DNA of 40,981 nucleotides from Escherichia phage J8-65. Where the stretch lies: the sequence record NC_025445.1; one strand, given 5' to 3'. The notes beneath the pieces are model-generated. The model did no database searches and had not been told where the DNA came from. It worked only from the letters and a program-made list of their open reading frames with translations. How positions within the stretch are numbered: the first letter of the stretch is position 1; each line of letters opens with the position of its first letter. Below are positions 1 to 7,056 of this stretch, piece after piece. A program made the position numbers and the translations under genes.

Positions 1-259
1 TCGACCCGAAGGAGCGCCTGCGCCCCCGTACGCCTGTGCGCGTGCGCGTGCATGACGTGTGCGCATTATGCGTGCGTGCCTGCGCGTGCGGTATTGCTCG
101 CGTGCGTGCGGTATAGTTCGCGCGTGCCCGTTTCCATTGTCGCGGTGTGGTGCTGTGTGGTGCTGCGTCCTGCTGCTGCGTGCTGCGCCACTGCTACCAC
201 TGGACGCGCCTGCGCTGGGCTGCTGGTGCTGGGCGGTGCTGCTGTGTGTATCGGTGGCT
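1..259. repeat. left direct terminal repeat (DTR)
   Basis: bases 1-259 are identical to 40723-40981; GT-rich, A-poor; typical T7-supergroup terminal redundancy. Confidence 0.85.
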
Positions 260-686
260 GGGCGCGGGGCTATCTATCTTTTTTCGTGGCGCTGCTGTCA
301 TAGCTCGCTTGCTGTGTGTGCTGTGTGTCGTGTGCGGTACTGTGTGCCATCCTGCTACGCTACCGCCTGCGCCCTGTGTCTCCAGCTCATCGCGTCACTG
401 TGTAACACTCTGATACTTGCTATCCGTTCGCGTTCACTCAATCGTCACTCCGTGTCTCTTTCGTTCCGCTCCGCGCTCCGCTATCGCACTGCGTGCTGCG
501 TCGCTTACGCTGCGTATCGCTACAGCTATACACTACAGTTACTTTCATTTAATCATTGATTTAAAAGGATTTATTTACGGTTATTCTGCTGTGTGTAAGC
601 TACGCAATAACCTATTCAATCAAATATTTATTATCAATGATTCCAGTGACTTATCGCCTTTTTGAGCTATTCAGTGAAAATAATTC

Positions 687-715
687 TTGCAATGTTGTTT
701 GTGATTTGCTGTAAT
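687..715 (+). promoter_or_regulatory. sigma70-like early promoter (TTGCAA-N17-TGTAAT)
   Basis: -35 TTGCAA 687-692, 17-nt spacer, -10 TGTAAT 710-715, in AT-rich block upstream of first genes. Confidence 0.5.
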
Positions 716-792
716 TCATCTCGCCGGACGACACAGCGTTAACGTGTCGGACGGTGTAAGACGGTAACACTGTTCTTTAACAATCTGGTGTG

Positions 793-821
793 TTGACAAG
801 GCAAGCTCACTATGCTGTAAT
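793..821 (+). promoter_or_regulatory. sigma70-like early promoter (TTGACA-N17-TGTAAT)
   Basis: consensus -35 TTGACA 793-798, 17-nt spacer, -10 TGTAAT 816-821. Confidence 0.6.
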
Positions 822-928
822 GCTTCCAGTCAGTCAGCAAGCTAAACAGTCATGGATAAAGACGTTAAAACCCACGTAGGCGAACTGATACGGTTTAATC
901 ATCTCAGAATGGGCGCTGATTAAAACGG

Positions 929-957
929 TTGACAGGATGAAACGAGTATGCTGTAAT
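929..957 (+). promoter_or_regulatory. sigma70-like early promoter (TTGACA-N17-TGTAAT)
   Basis: -35 TTGACA 929-934, 17-nt spacer, -10 TGTAAT 952-957; same architecture as 793-821. Confidence 0.6.
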
Positions 958-1007
958 GCACACCAGATTGACAGGCAGCAAGCCAGTCAGTCAGAAGTAA
1001 AAAGTAG

Positions 1008-1036
1008 TTGACAAGCTGAATACGATGTGATGTAAT
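1008..1036 (+). promoter_or_regulatory. sigma70-like early promoter (TTGACA-N17-TGTAAT)
   Basis: -35 TTGACA 1008-1013, 17-nt spacer, -10 TGTAAT 1031-1036. Confidence 0.6.
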
Positions 1037-1467
1037 CAGCACCGAGTTGAAAGGTTGCAAAACAACCTGCTCTGAGTGAACGTAAACTGGCCACGTAGTG
1101 TCACGGCCTCATGGGTATCCGGCGCAGCTAGGAACTGGTGAGGGCACCGCCGAAAGGCAATAGGGGTAGCGCCCGGTGCAAGGGAACGGAGAAGCGCGAT
1201 AGACGCAGCGCAGTATCAGCACAATCCCGAACGTCTTATAAGGCGCGGAGTGTAGCGGGTAGGTAGGCAAGCTGGTAACGGTGAGCCGGACTGCTGGAGG
1301 ACTCCTGAGAGTGGATGCAGACAATATCCACGGCGCGAAATGGGCGGGGCGATTTTTCAGGGTAGTGAATCCGACAAGCCAATCAATGCCAACGAGTGCA
1401 GACTGTACGGCGCGTCACAATGGGTTCACTATCCACCTGAAAATAGCCAACAACTGGAGAAATCAAT

Positions 1468-1857
1468 ATGTACCGTATCTATGCAAGCGCATATCGTCAG
1501 GGCAACGCTGAGTCAGTCAATCTGGCACTGCACTGCAAGGCACTGCGAACGGTGCAGGACATGTTCGGAGTGATTCCGGTCACACTGACAGGCAAGTTCG
1601 ACAATGCGTATGAGTTACGCATGGTCTTCCCTGTCGATGGAATCTACGAAATCCGGCAGGCTGTTAAGCTGTTTTGTAAAGCCTTCGAACAGGACTGCAT
1701 CATGGTAGTGACCAAAGACGACGATGCAATCTTCATGGACTCACCGTATCCGGGCAAGCCTGCTGGCAAGCTGGTCAGCAAGACTAACGAGGAAATGGAA
1801 GCCGGGCAGTTCACTGCTTGGACTTACGACGGTGAGCAATTTTGGGTAGTGGAGTAA
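1468..1857 (+). CDS. hypothetical early protein (129 aa)
   Basis: ATG start, GGAG upstream, first ORF after promoter cluster. Confidence 0.6.
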   Translation: MYRIYASAYRQGNAESVNLALHCKALRTVQDMFGVIPVTLTGKFDNAYELRMVFPVDGIYEIRQAVKLFCKAFEQDCIMVVTKDDDAIFMDSPYPGKPAGKLVSKTNEEMEAGQFTAWTYDGEQFWVVE

Positions 1858-1868
1858 GGAGCATGACC

Positions 1869-1943
1869 ATGTCCACTGCACTGTGTGTTATTGCGGCGGC
1901 GTGCTGGGTCATTGACCAGCGACTGAGCCGTCGCCGTGGCTGA
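1869..1943 (+). CDS. putative 24-aa hydrophobic micropeptide
   Basis: AAGGAG 7 nt upstream of ATG 1869; MSTALCVIAAACWVIDQRLSRRRG (hydrophobic core, basic tail); below ORF-track cutoff. Confidence 0.2.
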   Translation: MSTALCVIAAACWVIDQRLSRRRG

Positions 1944-1949
1944 TAGCCT

Positions 1950-1971
1950 ATAGCGTCCTACGGGGCGCTAT
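1950..1971 (+). promoter_or_regulatory. post-stop GC-rich stem-loop
   Basis: ATAGCG-tcctacgggg-CGCTAT after micro-ORF stop. Confidence 0.3.
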
Positions 1972-2004
1972 GTGAAATCAACCAAACCGACAAGGGGTAA
2001 CATC

Positions 2005-2532
2005 ATGACTACTGTAAAATACACCGCGTTCAAAGACGCTGCGGCGCTGGATAAAGCTATCGAAGCGACCGTTAAAAAGGCGCACTCCCTCCGTAACGAG
2101 ATTCAGAACGTTGCGGTCGGCATTATCCTGCACGCTTACCATCACGGCGACTATACCCGTGCTGAATCCTTCACCAACCAACTGGGTGACGGCGTTCGTG
2201 GTAAAGCACTGGTTGACTGGTTCGTCCAGTTCGGCGGCCTGATTGTAGGCGAGCATGAGGGTGGCAAGTCTGGCTTCGTTGGCTGGAAAGGTGCCGACTT
2301 CATCAAGAAGAACATCGACAAGGCGAAAGCCACGATGTGGTGGACTTGCAAGCCGGAAGCGGCCTTCGAAGGCTTCGACCTGCAAGAAGCGCTGGACAAG
2401 CTCATTGCCAAAGCTGAGAAGGCAATGAACAAGGCCAATGAGCTGCGCCACGAAGGGCGCGATGAGGATGCGAACAAGGTTGTCGTGCCTCAGAACGTGC
2501 TGGATGGGCTGCGCAAGCTGAAAGCTGCGTGA
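2005..2532 (+). CDS. hypothetical early protein (175 aa)
   Basis: ATG 2005 with AAGGGG RBS (ORF-track start 1972 is GTG); function unknown. Confidence 0.6.
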   Translation: MTTVKYTAFKDAAALDKAIEATVKKAHSLRNEIQNVAVGIILHAYHHGDYTRAESFTNQLGDGVRGKALVDWFVQFGGLIVGEHEGGKSGFVGWKGADFIKKNIDKAKATMWWTCKPEAAFEGFDLQEALDKLIAKAEKAMNKANELRHEGRDEDANKVVVPQNVLDGLRKLKAA

Positions 2533-2539
2533 TTACTGA

Positions 2540-2563
2540 GAAGGCATTCAAGCGAGTGCCTTC
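2540..2563 (+). promoter_or_regulatory. post-stop GC-rich stem-loop
   Basis: TGATTACTGA then GAAGGCA-ttcaagcgag-TGCCTTC, 7-bp stem. Confidence 0.4.
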
Positions 2564-2610
2564 GATTGTAACCACGGCAATAATGCCACAATCCTAACTG
2601 GAGACTTAAT

Positions 2611-2922
2611 ATGTCCAAATTAACTGTAGTCCTGCTGAACAACCTGCCTGCCTCTGCTTTCGGTGAAGGCGTTAAACTGGAAGACGTGCAGAGCAAGCAG
2701 TACGTCGCAATCACTGACGGTCAGGGCTACCTGATTGCAGGCATCAACAAGGACGGCGACTCGAAGGAAGAAATCGAAGCGCACTTCCGTGAACAGGGTC
2801 TGGATGCTGACATGCCGCTGGCGCTCATCGCCATGCTGAACGGCGTGCCTTTCGTTGACGCTGCCGACGTTGTAGGCGCAGATATCGACGAGGTTTACAG
2901 CGTCGAGTCTGACGACGAGTAA
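2611..2922 (+). CDS. small acidic early protein, paralog 1 (103 aa)
   Basis: strongly acidic with C-terminal ESDDE; shares a D-x-Q-x-x-L...KDGD motif with next two genes. Confidence 0.65.
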   Translation: MSKLTVVLLNNLPASAFGEGVKLEDVQSKQYVAITDGQGYLIAGINKDGDSKEEIEAHFREQGLDADMPLALIAMLNGVPFVDAADVVGADIDEVYSVESDDE

Positions 2923-2936
2923 GCTGGGCTAACTGA

Positions 2937-2959
2937 CAGGCCATTCGATGAGTGGCCTG
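2937..2959 (+). promoter_or_regulatory. post-stop GC-rich stem-loop
   Basis: AACTGA then CAGGCCA-ttcgatgag-TGGCCTG. Confidence 0.4.
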
Positions 2960-2988
2960 AATTGTTATTCCAAGCCAAAGGAGGCTGC

Positions 2989-3258
2989 ATGATTCGTGTG
3001 AGTTTGGTCAAAGACGCATCCGGCAAGGTGGTATTCTACCTGCTGGACAATCAGAAAGGGCTGACCCTGCTGGCGTACGTCAAAGACGGCGACCCAAGTA
3101 CGCAGGAGATTCTGGACTTCCTGATTGGTCAAGAGACCTATAGCGAGCTGCTGTTTGACGTGTCTGGCCGCACCGAAGCTGCCAATATTGAGTACGTCGA
3201 GGAACAGCACGGCGAGGTGACGCTGGAGTTCATCGGCACCATCCCGTTCGCTGAGTGA
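2989..3258 (+). CDS. small acidic early protein, paralog 2 (89 aa)
   Basis: ATG 2989 after AAGGAGG (ORF-track start 2962 is TTG); LDNQKGLTLLAYVKDGD motif. Confidence 0.65.
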   Translation: MIRVSLVKDASGKVVFYLLDNQKGLTLLAYVKDGDPSTQEILDFLIGQETYSELLFDVSGRTEAANIEYVEEQHGEVTLEFIGTIPFAE

Positions 3259-3265
3259 TTACTGA

Positions 3266-3287
3266 CAGGCCATCTGCGGGTGGCCTG
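3266..3287 (+). promoter_or_regulatory. post-stop GC-rich stem-loop
   Basis: TGATTACTGA then CAGGCCA-tctgcggg-TGGCCTG; same stem as 2937-2959. Confidence 0.4.
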
Positions 3288-3328
3288 AACTGTACTCACC
3301 CAACAATCAAAGTCTAAGGAGACTTATC

Positions 3329-3604
3329 ATGGCAAATGGTTACATCGTACGTGGCACCGAATCAAACAAAGTCGTGGCCTACGCACTGGAAAAGAGCGGC
3401 CACTATCTGGCGCACACTCGCCGCGACAACGAGCCGACCGATAGCGAAGGCGTGTTGGCCGAACTGAAACGCGAAGGCGTGCCGCCTGAACTCATCTTCA
3501 TCCTGTCTGGTATCCAGATTCACGAACTGCAAGATGCAGCCAAGCGTGTGTGGGGTGAGGGCGTAGAGCTGGAGCACATCGGTATCGTGGACGAAGCTGC
3601 GTAA
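3329..3604 (+). CDS. small acidic early protein, paralog 3 (91 aa)
   Basis: TAAGGAG RBS; LEKSGHYLAHTRRDNEP motif related to paralogs 1 and 2. Confidence 0.6.
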   Translation: MANGYIVRGTESNKVVAYALEKSGHYLAHTRRDNEPTDSEGVLAELKREGVPPELIFILSGIQIHELQDAAKRVWGEGVELEHIGIVDEAA

Positions 3605-3619
3605 CAGCGGGATTGACTC

Positions 3620-3643
3620 AAGCCAGTGTCTCGGCGCTGGCTT
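3620..3643 (+). promoter_or_regulatory. post-stop GC-rich stem-loop
   Basis: AAGCCAG-tgtctcggcg-CTGGCTT. Confidence 0.35.
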
Positions 3644-3680
3644 TATGGCAATACTGCCCCATCCATTTGAGGATTTAAAC

Positions 3681-3932
3681 ATGGCTAAGTTCGAACTGGT
3701 AAAATTCATCGACCCGTCTGACAACTCTGAGACCTTTGCTCAGTTCACCGACGACCGCACACAGGTGGCTATCTACACCAGTGAGTCGGCGGCGCGTGAC
3801 AACTTCGGTGAAGAGATATTCTTCGATTCGGTTGAAGAAGTGCGCAAAGGTGGCGGCCCTTACGCTGATGCACTGGAAGCGGCGCTGGAAGAAGGCGAAG
3901 TCGTTGACACTCTGGACGACGACGAAGAGTAA
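3681..3932 (+). CDS. small highly acidic early protein (83 aa)
   Basis: ATG 3681 with GAGGA RBS; about 24 D/E vs 6 K/R; C-terminal DTLDDDEE. Confidence 0.6.
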   Translation: MAKFELVKFIDPSDNSETFAQFTDDRTQVAIYTSESAARDNFGEEIFFDSVEEVRKGGGPYADALEAALEEGEVVDTLDDDEE

Positions 3933-3944
3933 GCGTGACGCCCG

Positions 3945-3968
3945 GTTGCCTCCTTGCGAGGGGGCAAC
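3945..3968 (+). promoter_or_regulatory. post-stop GC-rich stem-loop
   Basis: GTTGCCTCC-ttgcga-GGGGGCAAC. Confidence 0.35.
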
Positions 3969-4004
3969 ATGGCAATCATGCCATAACCTACTGGAGTATT
4001 GAAC

Positions 4005-4418
4005 ATGACTAAACTCGTACTGATTCACGGCATCGCTGGTGAGAAATTTGACGACGGTATCTCTGCACCTGTGCTGGCGCTGGAAGGTGAAGAGACCTTC
4101 GCTGTGCTGCAAGGTCTGGCTGAGGGTAGCGATATGGTACTGGCATCAGAAACAATTATCGAACAAGCCAGCGCAATCCGTGAGGCCGAGCACCTGCGTG
4201 GTGTAGCCGCAACGCTCGGTCACTGCGCTGGTAACGGCGGCCTGCGTGGGCATTCGGTCGGCGGTGTATTCCCCTGCGTAATCTTCTCGAAGGGCAACCC
4301 ACATGTGCATCTCGACTGGTGTTTCCTCGCACCGAACGGCGATGAGTTCGACGGCTTCGTAAGTTATGAAGATGCGTATGCAGCCGCGCAACAATGGCTG
4401 GAGGAAAGAGAGGTATAG
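4005..4418 (+). CDS. hypothetical protein (137 aa)
   Basis: ATG 4005 with GGAG RBS (ORF-track start 3999 is TTG). Confidence 0.6.
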   Translation: MTKLVLIHGIAGEKFDDGISAPVLALEGEETFAVLQGLAEGSDMVLASETIIEQASAIREAEHLRGVAATLGHCAGNGGLRGHSVGGVFPCVIFSKGNPHVHLDWCFLAPNGDEFDGFVSYEDAYAAAQQWLEEREV

Positions 4419-4419
4419 T

Positions 4420-4716
4420 ATGAGCAGAAGTGCTAAGTGGGATGCGTTGGTTCAGTGGGTGAAGGACAGCTTCGGCCCACCACCACAGCGCGTGGAAGTT
4501 GCAGACCCTGAGCCATTCGAGTACGTGACCAAGACCAGTGAGCAACTGGAGATTGGTGACTACATAGTAGCGTACTCTGGTTATGTGCAGCGCATCGGTG
4601 CCGTCGAGTATGATGGCAAACGACTGGTCGTTACGAAGGCAGGCCATGCTCCTGAGTATGAGTTCTACGCCTACGAGAATGACAAGTTCTCTATCCGTAA
4701 AGTAAAAGGTAAATAA
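4420..4716 (+). CDS. hypothetical protein (98 aa)
   Basis: ATG 4420 after GAGGAAAGAGAGG RBS, abuts upstream stop. Confidence 0.55.
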   Translation: MSRSAKWDALVQWVKDSFGPPPQRVEVADPEPFEYVTKTSEQLEIGDYIVAYSGYVQRIGAVEYDGKRLVVTKAGHAPEYEFYAYENDKFSIRKVKGK

Positions 4717-4719
4717 ATC

Positions 4720-5235
4720 ATGGCTATTAACTTCGCAACATTTGACAAACAGCAGTTCGAAGTAACCAAACGTCTGGCCGCAGAGATTGACGAGCGCCCG
4801 GAAGTATCCGACGTGATTGAATTTCGTGGTGGCTTCCTGCCAAAGATGACGTACGTGGCAGCAATTAAGGCAGGCCGACTGGACATGGTGGATATCATCC
4901 CGCCGACCCGCACTGGTGCCATCATCGCACGCAACATCACACTGCTGGCTGGTCTCGGCACCAAGTCTCTGGATGCAGCAGGTGAAACAGAGCGTGCTGT
5001 TCAGCTCCGCATGGCGGCAACGTTGGCAATCCGTTTCGCATGTGAAGAGACGGTACACGCCAGCTACCACGACTGGTATCAGGCATGTGAGAATGTGCCT
5101 GCCGACCTGAGCGAGACGCACGCAAGTGTGCTGTTCGCTGGCGAGGTACTGGATGCCATGCTGCAACAGTTGAAGGAAGGACTGGGTGAGCTGCTGGCGG
5201 CGGCGAGCGAGGTGAAACGTGCAACGCTCCACTGA
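4720..5235 (+). CDS. hypothetical protein (171 aa)
   Basis: ATG start, tight packing with flanking genes. Confidence 0.6.
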   Translation: MAINFATFDKQQFEVTKRLAAEIDERPEVSDVIEFRGGFLPKMTYVAAIKAGRLDMVDIIPPTRTGAIIARNITLLAGLGTKSLDAAGETERAVQLRMAATLAIRFACEETVHASYHDWYQACENVPADLSETHASVLFAGEVLDAMLQQLKEGLGELLAAASEVKRATLH

Positions 5236-5239
5236 TTTA

Positions 5240-5392
5240 GTGGTGCGTAAATCACCCACTGGTAAACACTGGTGGGTGGTGTACGCTGACCTACCGGGCA
5301 GACCGTTTGCTGTCCGTGACACAAAGTGGCAGGCCGAAGCTAAGCGTGATGACCTGCAACGTATCGTAAACAGAATGGGAGTACCAGCATGA
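5240..5392 (+). CDS. possible small protein (about 50 aa, GTG start)
   Basis: open frame fills the gap between flanking genes and ends in ATGA overlap with next start; no clear RBS. Confidence 0.25.
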   Translation: MVRKSPTGKHWWVVYADLPGRPFAVRDTKWQAEAKRDDLQRIVNRMGVPA

Positions 5393-5631
5393 CCATCATC
5401 AAAGACGAAAGCAAACTCGAAGTCGGTTCCGCATACAAGCTGAGCGGCGGTGTGTTCTGTTCGGTTGCACTGGACGTGAACGCAGGCAAGTTCATCTTCA
5501 AAGGGCGTGACGAATACAACCCGGACATGCTGCACTTCGAAGGTGTTACCGATGGCCGGGCGCAGTTCTTGTACCCGGAGCGGCTGGCCGATGGGCAGTA
5601 TGATTTGTCCAAGGTTGAAACAATCAAGTGA
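5389..5631 (+). CDS. hypothetical protein (80 aa)
   Basis: ATG start, GGGAG upstream. Confidence 0.55.
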   Translation: MTIIKDESKLEVGSAYKLSGGVFCSVALDVNAGKFIFKGRDEYNPDMLHFEGVTDGRAQFLYPERLADGQYDLSKVETIK

Positions 5632-5663
5632 CTTACTCGTGGCATTTCGTGAGAGATGCCACC

Positions 5664-5903
5664 ATGAAAGTAACTGTATTGCACAACATCGGAGGAGATA
5701 TGCTCAAAGTAATATTGTTGTTCCTGCTTCTGGTAATTATTTGGGGAGCGTTATGGGTGGGTCTTGCATCACTGGTGCTTATCCCTGCGGTCGGTGAGTC
5801 AGCCACTTCAACACTGGGCACACTGCTCGGCATGTTGGTGGGCTGGGGTCTGATGCAGTTGAGCCTGAGTGTAGGCCAGAATCGGGGGTGGATTAAATGG
5901 TGA
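5664..5903 (+). CDS. small membrane protein with two predicted TM helices (79 aa)
   Basis: ATG 5664; VILLFLLLVIIWGALWVGLASLVLIPAV and LGTLLGMLVGWGLMQLSLSV hydrophobic segments. Confidence 0.55.
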   Translation: MKVTVLHNIGGDMLKVILLFLLLVIIWGALWVGLASLVLIPAVGESATSTLGTLLGMLVGWGLMQLSLSVGQNRGWIKW

Positions 5904-6337
5904 AGCCTAAGTATAAAGTCGGGGATGAAATCGTAGGCGACGAAGGCACTGGCACCCGGTCGGGTAAGCTGAGTATCATCGCTTGGGTTAACCCTGACCG
6001 CCGAGCGTGGGAGCGTAGCGGGGAGACTCGTTACATCGTGAGCTGGATTGGTGAGCGCCTGAATGCGCAGCCGGATATCAGCCACTACAAATCTGACTGG
6101 CTGGAAGAGAACACCAGTCTGGTCAGCACGCCAGCCGAGAAGCGCGGTCGGTTCATGTGCTTGGTCGAAGGCAGCAACGCGCCGCCGAAGGTTGAGCACA
6201 TCACTGAGCGCGAGGCGCGTGAAGAAGCTGAACGTCTGGCAGAGCGGTGCGGAGGTACTGTCCGTGTGCTGCAAGTTGTGGCCAGCGTGAAGATGAAGAA
6301 GAAGATTCTGTACACACCGGACTGGGATAACGAATGA
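5897..6337 (+). CDS. hypothetical protein (146 aa)
   Basis: ATG start overlapping upstream stop. Confidence 0.55.
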   Translation: MVKPKYKVGDEIVGDEGTGTRSGKLSIIAWVNPDRRAWERSGETRYIVSWIGERLNAQPDISHYKSDWLEENTSLVSTPAEKRGRFMCLVEGSNAPPKVEHITEREAREEAERLAERCGGTVRVLQVVASVKMKKKILYTPDWDNE

Positions 6338-7047
6338 GAAAGTCAGTGAGCAATGATGAGTGGCCGGAGCTGGCGAGGCGTCTGCCGATAGGACAAAAGC
6401 GTCGGACGTTTCACGCTTGCTCACGCTCATTCAGTAAGACCAACTTCGAGTATGGCCGGAACAGCGAAGGCGTGTGGTGCAAGTGCCATCGCTGCGGCCA
6501 TGCTGATTTCAAACCCCTCAACCATGCACCGTATGTACCGCCAGCCAAAGAGCAGGTGAAGATACCGGGCGACGTTGTTCCGCTTATCGAAGTGATAGCG
6601 AAGCAGCCCGGACTGCTACTGCCAGCGTTGGAGAAGTATGAGCTGCTGCCACACCTGAGCGTGCTGACTGCCAGCCCAACGTACGGGCGTATCTACTTGC
6701 CGGACAACTCGGCAAGCTACTGTGGTCTGGACTACACCGGGCGGCAGTTCATTCCGTGGCGCTCGCCACACAACCATCTAATGGCAGTGACAGTAAGTAA
6801 TCACGACGACGATGAGTTCAAAGGGATATGGATTTACGACAGCGCATCAGCATATCTCGACCACGTTCGTCGTGGTGACAGAGTGGATGGCAATGCAGCG
6901 TTCGTAGCCAATGCCGACGATGCCACCGTACGCGCTCTGGTTAGCGTTGTGCTGGCCAATCGTTATGAAGTGATATCATTGCAGCACCGACAGAGCGACA
7001 GGCTCAGGCGTGAGCTGAGAGTGTGTGGCAGGGTGCGAACAATATAG
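6334..7047 (+). CDS. putative primase-like zinc-ribbon protein (237 aa)
   Basis: C-x16-C-x-C-x2-C cluster (CSRSF...WCKCHRCGH); sits directly upstream of helicase as in T7-like primase-helicase modules; no clear TOPRIM seen. Confidence 0.45.
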   Translation: MRKSVSNDEWPELARRLPIGQKRRTFHACSRSFSKTNFEYGRNSEGVWCKCHRCGHADFKPLNHAPYVPPAKEQVKIPGDVVPLIEVIAKQPGLLLPALEKYELLPHLSVLTASPTYGRIYLPDNSASYCGLDYTGRQFIPWRSPHNHLMAVTVSNHDDDEFKGIWIYDSASAYLDHVRRGDRVDGNAAFVANADDATVRALVSVVLANRYEVISLQHRQSDRLRRELRVCGRVRTI

Positions 7048-7056
7048 GAGGGTAAT

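Noticed and set aside
52-665. Several overlapping + strand ORFs (52-303, 59-559, 147-413, 417-665) in the left-end region
   Set aside because: They lie in the A-depleted reiterated terminal region, overlap each other in all frames, have no RBS and give Cys/Ala/Val/Leu low-complexity translations: composition artefacts.
968-996. Fifth TTGACA hexamer at 968-973
   Set aside because: No acceptable -10 element 17 nt downstream (tcagaa), so not called a promoter although it lies in the promoter cluster.
1281-1573. ORFs 1281-1511 and 1340-1573 in the leader
   Set aside because: They overlap the well-supported first gene (1468-1857) out of frame and lack RBSs.
4156-5535. 459-aa minus-strand ORF
   Set aside because: Antisense to four well-formed + strand genes; GC-rich third positions on the coding strand routinely open long antisense frames. 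Translation is Arg/Cys/His-rich low complexity.
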